From positions 696,930-760,929 of the forward strand of contig CAVWYQ010000001.1 of NCBI GenBank assembly GCA_963759255.1: 64,000 nucleotides of DNA, in the 5' to 3' direction. Origin of the DNA: an uncultured Actinomycetota bacterium. Its GTDB lineage: Bacteria; Actinomycetota; Actinomycetes; Actinomycetales; JBBAYJ01. The position numbers were made by a program, and so were the translations under genes. Below the pieces are notes generated by a model that made no database searches, was not told the origin of the DNA, and saw only the letters and a list, made by a program, of their open reading frames with translations. Below are positions 1 through 9,416 of the stretch, one piece after another; positions within the stretch are counted from its first letter, which is position 1, and every line of letters starts with the position of its first letter.

Positions 1-760
1 GCACGGCGTCGACGACGGGCCTGTCGGCGACGGCGTCGAAGCTCTTCGCGACGACGTCGGTCGAAGAGCGGGTGGTCTGCTCGCCCCACGGACGGGTGAG
101 CCGGCCCTTGCCCTGCGGCGAGTAGGGGACGCAGCCGACGCCGGTGTCCCAGCACATCGGCAGCATCTCGCGCTCCTCCTCACGCTTGAGGAGGTTGTAC
201 TGGTCCTGCATGGCGACGAACGGCGTCCAGCCGTGCAGGGCGGCGGCATGCTGCAGCTTGGCGAACTGCCAGGCATACATGGACGAGGCGCCGAGGTAGC
301 GGACCTTGCCGGACCTGACCACGTCGTGGAGAGCTTCCATCGTCTCCTCGACCGGCGTCTGGTCGTCGAACCGGTGGATGTACCAGAGGTCGATGTAGTC
401 CGTGCCCAGCCGGGCGAGCGAAGCGTCCACCTGTGTCATGACGGCGGCCCGGGACAGGCCCTGCCCGCCGGGCCCGTCGTGCATCTTGCCGGACAGCTTG
501 GTGGCCAGGACGATCTCCTCCCGGCGGGAGTAGCGGCTCACCGCTCGACCGACGATCTCCTCGGAGCTGCCGCCCTGGTACACGTTCGCGGTGTCCCAGA
601 AGGCGATGCCGAGCTCGACGGCCTGGCGGAAGAAGGGCTGCGAGGCGTCCTCGTCCAGAGACCAGGAGTGCATCCCGCGGGCGGGGTCGCCGTAGGTCAT
701 GCACCCCAGGGCCAGGCGGGGGACCTGAAGGCCGCTTCGTCCGACGCGGGTGTGCTCCAT
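1..760 (-). CDS. Aldo/keto reductase (3' end runs off the window)
   Basis: Manual translation MEHTRVGRSGLQVPRLALGCMTYG...FWDTANVY...LATK...DYIDLWYIHRFD...GKVRYLGASS shows the AKR D-Y-K-H tetrad; TAGCCT 7 nt before ATG suggests a leaderless transcript. Confidence 0.92.
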   Translation of the reverse strand, partial: MEHTRVGRSGLQVPRLALGCMTYGDPARGMHSWSLDEDASQPFFRQAVELGIAFWDTANVYQGGSSEEIVGRAVSRYSRREEIVLATKLSGKMHDGPGGQGLSRAAVMTQVDASLARLGTDYIDLWYIHRFDDQTPVEETMEALHDVVRSGKVRYLGASSMYAWQFAKLQHAAALHGWTPFVAMQDQYNLLKREEEREMLPMCWDTGVGCVPYSPQGKGRLTRPWGEQTTRSSTDVVAKSFDAVADRPVVDAV

Positions 761-789
761 CCCAGGCAGGCTAGCCCCCCGGGCACGAC

Positions 790-827
790 GAAGGCCCAGG
801 TCGGGGCATCCCCTGACCTGGGCCTTC
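790..827 (-). terminator. Hairpin downstream of tRNA-Arg
   Basis: GAAGGCCCAGGTC...GACCTGGGCCTTC 13-bp inverted repeat. Confidence 0.6.
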
Positions 828-843
828 CTGTCTCAACCGTACG

Positions 844-916
844 TGCGCCCGGAGGGACTCGAACCCCCAACCTTCTGATCCGTAGTCAGATGCTCTATCC
901 GTTGAGCTACGGGCGC
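844..916 (-). tRNA. tRNA-Arg (ACG)
   Basis: Reverse complement GCGCCCGTAGCTCAACGGATAGAGCATCTGACTACGGATCAGAAGGTTGGGGGTTCGAGTCCCTCCGGGCGCA folds as a cloverleaf, anticodon ACG. Confidence 0.97.
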
Positions 917-1018
917 CCGATCGTCGCGAGGCGACGTGCGGACCGGACGAGGATACCGGACGCCCGAGGGTGCCCGGGCACGGTCAGGACCTCTCGTCGA
1001 GGCGACGGTGGCGGCTGA

Positions 1019-2185
<1,167 letters not shown>

Positions 2186-2204
2186 CCCCGCGCCCACCGC
2201 CCAC

Positions 2205-2240
2205 GTCGGCGCCCCTGGTCTCCGGATCAGGGGCGCCGAC
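2205..2240 (+). terminator. Hairpin after rpf
   Basis: GTCGGCGCCCCTGGTC-TCCG-GATCAGGGGCGCCGAC. Confidence 0.7.
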
Positions 2241-2423
2241 CGTTCGCCTGGGGCTCACGCCGTGCACACGGCGCGTCAATGCCCTGTTACCGCAGGTCAG
2301 AACCAGTGCGTCGAGTTGGCGAAGGAACGACGGCGTGCTTCGGTGGCACGTCCCGAACCGGCGGGACGCCAGTCCGTGGAGGCGCCCCGAGGGTGCCGCG
2401 GACGTCCGTGGAGGAGCCGCCGC

Positions 2424-2639
2424 ATGTCAGCACGACGACCAGCACGCCACCGCGAGGACGTGGGACGACCTACCTCGCTGCGCCGTCGCCGAGACCGTCG
2501 GGCCCCGCGGCGTCTCGGGCCACCTCTGCTCCTCACGGTGCTCCTCGCCGTCGCCGCTCTGACCGTCACCGCGCCCTCCGACGCAGCGGACCTCCACGAC
2601 CGGGCGCCGTCCCCGGCGCCCGAGCCGGCCGACCGCTGA
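2424..2639 (+). CDS. Small putative secreted or membrane peptide (71 aa)
   Basis: GGAGGAG RBS; Arg-rich N-terminus then LLLTVLLAVAALTVTAP; stop falls in a (GACCGCT)3 repeat. Confidence 0.4.
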   Translation: MSARRPARHREDVGRPTSLRRRRDRRAPRRLGPPLLLTVLLAVAALTVTAPSDAADLHDRAPSPAPEPADR

Positions 2640-3027
2640 CCGCTGACCGCTGACCGCCGCGAGCGGTCCGCGCGGCCGCACGCCGAGCGAGGAGCGAGGA
2701 CCGAGGACCCGCCTCGGGCGAGCTGGTCTGGTACATCCCCCGTGTCGCCGACACCAGCTGAGGCGCGACGGCCACGGGGGGCCCGCCGCACCCCATGCGG
2801 AACCGGCGCCCGCGCTCCCGCACGAACCAGTCCCACGGCACACCGCGACGAGCACGTAGCCCAGGAGCACACGTGCCAGCAGCGGAAGCCACGCCATGAG
2901 CGTGCTGCACGTGCCTGCGCCGATGGGTCCCCCAGGCGGGCGGCGAGCAGCGCTCGACCGACCTGAGAGGCAGCCGAGCGCGGCGCCGTGGACGGTTGCG
3001 TCCCGGGCCCGTGGCAGCATCGCGCGG

Positions 3028-5011
3028 GTGCAGGGGAGACGGGGCTGGCTGTGGTGGGTCGTCGGGGTGCTCGGTGGTGCTCACGGGTGGGGCGGTCGCG
3101 GCCTACGTCGTGGCCGTCGTCCCGCAGCAGCGGCAGGCCAACCAGGACGCGGCCGCAGCGGCCGCGGTGGACGAGCTGGCGCAGGCGTGGCAGGACGGCG
3201 ACCTCACCACGCTCGAGGCCTTGGGCGACGGAGTCGACTACACCGCGCTGACCACCGGCCTGGCCTCCCTGCCCGGCGCGGGGACCGAGGACGTCGCCGA
3301 CGACGCCCGGGCGGTGTGGCCGGAGCAGGTGGACGTCGTGACGGTCGACCGCGACGGCGGGACCGCCACGGCCAGGCTGGAGGTCCGCTGGCCGTTCGGT
3401 GCCGACGGCTGGACCTACGGCACCACGGTCATCGCGCAGGAGGTGGAGCCGGCGCCGGTCGGCAGCGTCCGCGCCGCCTTCGACACCTCCGGCGGGCGGT
3501 GGCAGGCCGAGCTCCGCACCACCACGGTGCACCCGGGGCTCACCGGCGGAGCCGTCCTGGAGGCGCAGCGCCTGCCCGCGACGCGGGGGACCGTGCTGGG
3601 CCGCGACGGCGAACCGCTCGTCGTGGACCGCGCCGTGGTCGAGATCGGCCTGCAGCCGTCCGCCGTGGTCGACCTCCCTGCGGTCGCCGCCACCTTCGCC
3701 GACGTCCTCGGCATCGACCGGCGCGCGCTGGTCGAACGGGTCGGCGCGGCCGGACCCGACGAGTTCGTCCCGGTGCTGACCCTGCGCCGGGAGGCCTACG
3801 AACCGGTCCGCGACGTGGTCCGCGCCCAGTCCGGGGTCGTGTTCCGCGAGGGGGTGCAGCCGCTGGCGCCGACCACCGCGTTCGCCCGCGCCACCCTCGG
3901 CCGCAGCGGACAGGCCACGGCCGAGCTCGTCGAGGCGTCCGAGGGCCGCATCCGGCCAGGTGACACGACGGGCCTGTCCGGGCTGCAGCGCGGCTACGAC
4001 GAGCACCTCGCCGGCCAGGCCGGGTTCACCGTCGTCACCAGGAAGGGTGAGCAGACCACCGGGGTGTTCACGCAGGACCCGGTCGCCGGCGCCGACCTGG
4101 CCACCACGCTGGACGAGGCCGTGCAGGTCGCGGCCGACCAGGCCCTGGCCAGCGTCGCCGAGGGCAACGGCAACGCCGCGCTCGTCGCGATCGACGTGCC
4201 TACCGGCGACGTGGTGGCGGTCGCCAACACCCCGGCCGCAGGGGTCGACCGGGCGCTGACCGGGACCTACCCGCCCGGGTCGACGTTCAAGACGGTGAGC
4301 TCGTTGGCGCTGCTGCCGACCGGCCTCACCCCGGAGGAGGTGGTGCCGTGCCCGCGAACCGCCACGGTGCAGGGCAGGGCGTTCGGCAACGTGGAGGACT
4401 CCGAGCTGGGCGACGTGCCGTTCAGCACCGACTTCGCCCGCTCCTGCAACACCGCCTTCATCGGGCTGTCCTCGCGCCTGGACCCGGGCGACCTGGGGGC
4501 CGCAGCCGCCGCCGTCGGGATCGGCGGGGAGTGGGCGCTCGGCACGCCGGTGGCCACCGGCGGCGTCCCGGAGGCGGAGTCCCCGGTCGAGCTGGCGGCC
4601 GCCACCATCGGCCAGGGCCGGGTGCTGGCGAGCCCCGCCGCCATGGCGCAGGTGGCGGCCACCATCGCCCGCGGTTCGTGGCTGGCTCCCCGGCTGGTGA
4701 CCGACCCCGCCCCGGAGCCGGCACCCCCGCCCGCCGCGGCGGTGGACCCGGCCGCCGCGGCGACCGTCCGCGACCTGATGCGCGGCGTCGTCACCGACGG
4801 GAGCGCGAACGCCCTGCTCGACGTGCCGGGCGCCCCCGTGCACGCCAAGACGGGCACCGCCGAGTACGGCGAGGAGGTCCCGCCGCGCACCCACGCCTGG
4901 GTGGTCGGCTTCCGGGGCGACCTGGCCTTCGCGGTGCTCGTCGAGGACGGTGGGAGCGGGAGCCGGGTCGCGGTCCCCACCGCCGAGACGTTCCTGCGGC
5001 TGCTGCCGTGA
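3028..5011 (+). CDS. Class B penicillin-binding transpeptidase (MecA_N/NTF2-like N-terminus); apparent 1-nt frameshift at about 3073
   Basis: STFK (SxxK), SCN (SxN) and KTG motifs; the TM anchor is split between two frames. Confidence 0.88.
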
Positions 5012-5076
5012 GAGCCGGCGGCGCGGGGCCGACCAGAGGGCCGGACCACTGAGGGCTCCCGCGTGAGGACCGACCG

Positions 5077-5739
5077 GTGATCGCCGACCTGCCGTGGAGC
5101 ACCGACGGGATGGCCGCCGGGGAGCGGGTCCGGCGGGCAGCCGTGCTCCTGGCCGGGCTCGCTCAGGACGGGCTGACCTTCGCGGGCGACGACTACGAGA
5201 CGGACCGGTACGGCAAGGTCGCCGCCCTGGCGGCAGAGCTGATCGCCGCCGTGTCGGGCGCCGACGCCGCCGAGCTCGCGGTCGAGCTCGGCCGCGACTC
5301 CGGCTACGCGACCCCCAAGGTCGACGTCCGGGGTGCCTGCTTCGACGCCGACGAGCGGGTGCTGCTCATGCGCGAACGCGCCGACGGCCTGTGGTCGCTG
5401 CCGGGCGGCTGGGCGGACCCGGGCGACACCCCCAGCGGAGCGGTGGTCCGGGAGCTGCGTGAGGAGGCGGGTGCGGTGGCCGAGGTCGTCTCGCTGGTCG
5501 GCTGCTGGGACCGTGACGCCCGCGGCCACACGCCACCGCTGCCCGTCGCGGTGGTCAAGCTGTTCTTCCTGTGCCGCGTGGTCGAGCTGGGCGAGCCCGA
5601 CCCGCTGGAGACCCTGGGCGTGGGCTGGTTCTCCCTGGCCGACCTTCCACCGCTGTCCACGGGACGGGTCACCGAGGACGAGCTGCGCCGCTGCCTGGCC
5701 CACCACCGGGACCCGTCCCTGCCCACCGAGCTCGACTGA
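5077..5739 (+). CDS. NUDIX hydrolase with N-terminal Nudix_N domain
   Basis: LAQDGLTFA..YETDRY, GYATPKVDVRG, Nudix box GGWADPGDTPSGAVVRELREEAG. Confidence 0.9.
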   Translation: MIADLPWSTDGMAAGERVRRAAVLLAGLAQDGLTFAGDDYETDRYGKVAALAAELIAAVSGADAAELAVELGRDSGYATPKVDVRGACFDADERVLLMRERADGLWSLPGGWADPGDTPSGAVVRELREEAGAVAEVVSLVGCWDRDARGHTPPLPVAVVKLFFLCRVVELGEPDPLETLGVGWFSLADLPPLSTGRVTEDELRRCLAHHRDPSLPTELD

Positions 5740-5775
5740 GAACCTTGGTGGACCTCACCTGGCGGCCCGTGAGGG

Positions 5776-6222
5776 TCAGACTGTCCTGAGCGAGAGCAGG
5801 AACTGCCCGCCGCCCGGTTGTACGTCCGACTCGACGGCAAGGTCGGGCGACAGCCGGGACAGCCGGTCCACCAGCCACGCCCCTGCCTGCTCGGCGTCCT
5901 CGCGCGTCGGGCAGCGGCCGACCACCTCGCGCCCGCCCTTGCGGCTGAGCCGGTCGACGACCCCGACGATGGGCGCCGGGTCCCCGACGAACAGCTCCGG
6001 CGACCACGGGACCACGGGGGTGACCGCGCCCTTGCGGGTGTTGCACCCCCGGTGGGCCAGCCGTTCCTCGCCCTTGGCGGCCTTGCGACCCTTGACCGAC
6101 GCCCCGATGCTGTCGATGCTCGGGCCCCGTGGGTCGTTGCTCGACAGGGCCGGGTCCACGGGCTCGTCGCACAGCCAGCAGCGCCAGCCCCACCGCTCGC
6201 CGACCTCGCTCAAGGTGCTCAT
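5776..6222 (-). CDS. HNH-like zinc-binding protein (degenerate)
   Basis: CWLC...SIDS...LAHRGCNTRKG; TAGCGT 7 nt before ATG. Confidence 0.75.
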   Translation of the reverse strand: MSTLSEVGERWGWRCWLCDEPVDPALSSNDPRGPSIDSIGASVKGRKAAKGEERLAHRGCNTRKGAVTPVVPWSPELFVGDPAPIVGVVDRLSRKGGREVVGRCPTREDAEQAGAWLVDRLSRLSPDLAVESDVQPGGGQFLLSLRTV

Positions 6223-6316
6223 CGCCCAGACGCTACGGGGTCTGCGCCGGCACCGGCCGCGGGGACGCGCATGGTCGCTGCCATCAGGTCGGGGTCACAG
6301 CCGTGGTGACGCAGGC

Positions 6317-6346
6317 GGGCCCGGTGTCCCGAGGGACACCGGGCCC
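6317..6346 (-). terminator. Hairpin downstream of tRNA-Ser
   Basis: GGGCCCGGTGTCCC-GA-GGGACACCGGGCCC. Confidence 0.65.
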
Positions 6347-6351
6347 CGGTG

Positions 6352-6440
6352 CGGAGGCGGCGGGATTTGAACCCGCGAGAGGGTTCAAACCCTCAACCCG
6401 CTTAGCAGGCGGGCGCCATAGGCCACTAGGCGACGCCTCC
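6352..6440 (-). tRNA. tRNA-Ser (GCT)
   Basis: GGAGGCGTCGCCTAGTGGCCTATGGCGCCCGCCTGCTAAGCGGG...GGTTCAAATCCCGCCGCCTCCG with long variable arm. Confidence 0.96.
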
Positions 6441-6490
6441 AGTGCCGTGCCAGCGTAACGGGTCCAGGCGCCCGCGACCTCCCTCACGAC

Positions 6491-7957
6491 CTAGGAGCAG
6501 ATGTCGTCCACGGCCGCGCGGACCTCGATGCTGGGCTCGGCCGCGGCCGGGGCGGTGCGTTCGGGCAGCGGCTCGGTGCCGAGCCGGTTCGGCACCTCCT
6601 GCACGAAGCCCGCCCCCGCACCGAGCTGCACCGTGATGTCCGGCACGGTGTCGTCCCGCACCAGCACCGACCCCGCGAAGGCGGCCTGCACGGTGAGGGC
6701 GGCCTCGTCCTTCCCGGCGGGGACGAGGATGCGGATGCCCGTGACGTCCTCGTCCCCGTTGGTCACGGCGCCCACGTCGAAGCCCTGGGCGAGGAGGTCC
6801 TCCGCGGCAGCGCCGGCGGAGCCACCCGGGCCGCCCGCGTTGACGACGTCGAGGGTGATCTGGTCCGGCGACACCGTGAGGTCCGCCGGCGCGGGCGGCG
6901 CGGACTCGCTGGGCGCCACGTCGGGCTCCTGTCCCGGCAGCGGCTCGTCGGTGCGCAACGCCTCCCACACCAGCTCGGCGTCGTCGGTCCACACCAGCCG
7001 GTTGGGGTCGCGGGGCCACGGCTCGTTGGGGATGGTCAGGAACGACACCGCCTCGGGCGGCAGCCCTTGGACAGACCGGGCGACCGAGGCGAGGGCGGCC
7101 ACGCTGTCCAGGCCGGGATCGGTGGTGAGCGACTTGGTCCCCGCGTCCAGCACGCCGATGAGCCGGTCCGGCCGGGCGAGCAGACCCGTGCTCGTGACCT
7201 CCTGCACCATCGAGGACAGGAACGCCTGCTGCCGCGCGATGCGCGCGGTGTCGCTGCCGTCCCCGAACTTGCGGGCGCGCACGTAGGCCAGCGCCTGGTC
7301 GCCGGCCACGGTCGTCGTCCCGGCCGGCAGGACCAGCCCGGAGTCCGGGTCGCTGATCGGCTCGCTGGTGCACACCTCGACACCGCCGAGGGCGTCCACG
7401 ATCGAGCGGAAGCCGTCGAAGTTGACGACGGCGTAGTGGTCGATGGGGACTCCGGTCAGCTGCTCCACCGTCCGCTGGACGCAGGCAGCACCTCCGATCG
7501 AGAACGCCGCGTTGAACTGCTTGAGGCCGCCCTCCACGGTCGTGCCGTCGTCCAGGATGCAGTCGGGCATCTGCACCATCGAGTCGCGGGGGATGCTGAC
7601 GAGCTGCGCCCGGTCCCGCTCCGCCGACAGGTGCAGCACGATGGTGGTGTCCGCCCGTTGGCCGGCGACGACGGCGGCGTCGCTGTCGTCCTCCAGCCCC
7701 TCCCGGGTGTCGGAGCCGATCAGCAGGATCGTCAGGGAGTCGAAGCTCTCCTCGACCGCCTCGGGACGGTCGTCACCGAGCTGGCCGCTGATGTCGACAG
7801 CGGTGATGTTGCCCTCGAGCCGGCGCACCAGGACCGCGCCGGCGGTCACGCCCACGACGAGGAGCGCGGCGAGGGCGGTCGCCACCCCCCGCAGGAGCAG
7901 GGTGGCCAGCGGGTGCCGGGGGTCGCGGACGTGCCGACCCCTCGCGATCGTGCTCAT
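6491..7957 (-). CDS. LCP (LytR-CpsA-Psr) family protein with LytR C-terminal domain
   Basis: TM anchor, ILLIGSDTR, RADT, VSIPRD, ALAYVRAR..SD.AR.ARQQ. Confidence 0.93.
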   Translation of the reverse strand: MSTIARGRHVRDPRHPLATLLLRGVATALAALLVVGVTAGAVLVRRLEGNITAVDISGQLGDDRPEAVEESFDSLTILLIGSDTREGLEDDSDAAVVAGQRADTTIVLHLSAERDRAQLVSIPRDSMVQMPDCILDDGTTVEGGLKQFNAAFSIGGAACVQRTVEQLTGVPIDHYAVVNFDGFRSIVDALGGVEVCTSEPISDPDSGLVLPAGTTTVAGDQALAYVRARKFGDGSDTARIARQQAFLSSMVQEVTSTGLLARPDRLIGVLDAGTKSLTTDPGLDSVAALASVARSVQGLPPEAVSFLTIPNEPWPRDPNRLVWTDDAELVWEALRTDEPLPGQEPDVAPSESAPPAPADLTVSPDQITLDVVNAGGPGGSAGAAAEDLLAQGFDVGAVTNGDEDVTGIRILVPAGKDEAALTVQAAFAGSVLVRDDTVPDITVQLGAGAGFVQEVPNRLGTEPLPERTAPAAAEPSIEVRAAVDDICS

Positions 7958-8114
7958 GCCCACCGCCGTCTGCTCGCAGGTGCCGGGACGTCCGGCCCGC
8001 GTCTGCTGCAGGGTAACGACCGTCCGTCGCCCCCACTGGTGAGACGAGCAACCCTGGACGACGGTTCCCGGGGCACGCGGACCCACTCGACGCACCGGGC
8101 GCGGCCCCCTCGCG

Positions 8115-8351
8115 GCCGCGCGGTTCCCCCTGACCCGCACGCCGGTGCCCTGCTCGGGGCTCGAGCTGAGTGACGACACCGTCCCGGCCACGGGGACGCG
8201 CACGCTCAGACCGGGACAGCTCAGCCCGGGACGGCTCCGCCACCGGAACGCCGCCGTGCGGGACCGGGCGGTGGAGGCCTCGACGTTCGACGTGCGGGTG
8301 GGCGGGAGCTCGACGGCCGCCGTCGGGACGACGTTCACGGTGACCGGCTGA
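8115..8351 (+). pseudogene. Remnant resembling a GH3 beta-glucosidase C-terminus (Fn3-like)
   Basis: ...SGLELSDDTVPATGTRTL...STFDVRVGGSSTAAVGTTFTVTG*; no catalytic domain. Confidence 0.45.
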
Positions 8352-8360
8352 CCGAGCACC

Positions 8361-8609
8361 GACCAGAGGTGATGCCGGCGGGCGTGCCGAACCCGTACCT
8401 GACCGCCCGCATGGGCGACATGCAGCGCCGTGGCGGGCTGTCGGGTACGGGTTCGGTACGGGCCCCGCCCCCGGACCCGTCCGACGGGTCCGGCAGCGCC
8501 GCGCGACCGCAGGCCCCCGCGAGCAGGTAGATGCCGCGGCTCCCTGGCCGCACGCCACGTCCCGGTCGGTGGCGAGGAGACGGAGCCCGTGCCGCCGGCG
8601 CCTCTGGTC
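8361..8609. repeat. Structured intergenic element with terminal inverted repeats and internal hairpins (MITE/REP/ncRNA-like)
   Basis: 8361-8381 pairs with 8592-8609; 28-bp stem 8383-8410/8433-8460; hairpin 8471-8493. Confidence 0.6.
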
Positions 8610-8648
8610 ACGAGGCTGCACGGCCCGGCGAGGATCAGACACGGCTAG

Positions 8649-8720
8649 GAATCAAGGCCGCGTTCGCACCATTCGGGCCCTGAGCCGGAACCGCAGCACG
8701 AATCAAGACGAAGTTCGCAC
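8649..8720. repeat. Two 21-bp direct repeats GAATCAAG-N5-GTTCGCAC
   Basis: 8649-8669 and 8700-8720, 17/21 identical, 30-bp spacer. Confidence 0.75.
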
Positions 8721-8829
8721 GAGCCCACCGCGACCGGGGACCGCACGTGTCAGCAGGGCCGGGTCCGCACCAACCGGGCCCCCAGCGCGACCCGCGCCTG
8801 GAGTCACGGCCGAGCTCGCGCCGCCGCCA

Positions 8830-8980
8830 CCACCCACGGGCCCCGAGCCCCCGTACCCACGGGCCCCCGAACCCACGAGCCCCCGAACCCACGAGCCCCC
8901 GAACCCACGGGCCCCCGAACACGCCCCCCCCCCCCCCGAACCCCCGAACCCCCGAGCCCACGGCCCCCGAGCCCCCGGCT
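8830..8980. repeat. C-rich degenerate 16-bp tandem repeat (CCCCCGAACCCACGRG)n with a poly-C run
   Basis: Direct reading of the sequence. Confidence 0.8.
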
Positions 8981-9072
8981 CCCTCTTCGTCCGGGGCACG
9001 ACCCCGGTGACGTTCACGCTGTCGTCACACGTGGTTCACCTGGCTGACGCATACGTCGTCCACCGTGCCCCT

Positions 9073-9222
9073 ATGGACAGTGTTGTCTGCCGGCAGTGCG
9101 GCGACCCCACCGTCGTTCTCAGCTCGACCCTGGACCTGCCGTCGGGTGCGATGACCAGACGGTGGCACGAGTGCAGCCGGTGCGGCTGGGAGTCCGACTA
9201 CGAGGACGCCGTCACGCGCTGA
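9073..9222 (+). CDS. 49-aa zinc-ribbon microprotein (CxxC...CxxC)
   Basis: MDSVVCRQCGDPTVVLSSTLDLPSGAMTRRWHECSRCGWESDYEDAVTR. Confidence 0.55.
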   Translation: MDSVVCRQCGDPTVVLSSTLDLPSGAMTRRWHECSRCGWESDYEDAVTR

Positions 9223-9223
9223 G

Positions 9224-9265
9224 GACGGGCGGCTCCGTGCGCCCGACGGGCGGCTCCGTGCGCCC
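9224..9265. repeat. 21-bp tandem duplication
   Basis: (GACGGGCGGCTCCGTGCGCCC)x2. Confidence 0.85.
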
Positions 9266-9416
9266 GACAGGCGCCGGGGGTCCGGGCCGACGCCATGGTG
9301 CTGCTGCGTCATACCGGCTGGCGCCCGTGCACGAGCGTCTGCGCGCGCTCGAGCCCGCCGGGCTCGTCCCGCGTGGGACCATCGCAGCGGATGCACGTCT
9401 GCGCGGAGGGGGCGCC

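Noticed and set aside
2340-2405. c-di-GMP-I riboswitch-like look (GGCA...GGGACGC)
   Set aside because: Lacks GGCAAA, the GNRA tetraloop and GACGCAAA consensus
2700-2900. Short minus-strand ORF MAWLPLLARVLLGYVLVAV...
   Set aside because: Only a brief hydrophobic stretch, no recognisable family, may be chance
8649-8720. Mini-CRISPR array
   Set aside because: Only two imperfect 21-bp repeats and no cas genes in the window
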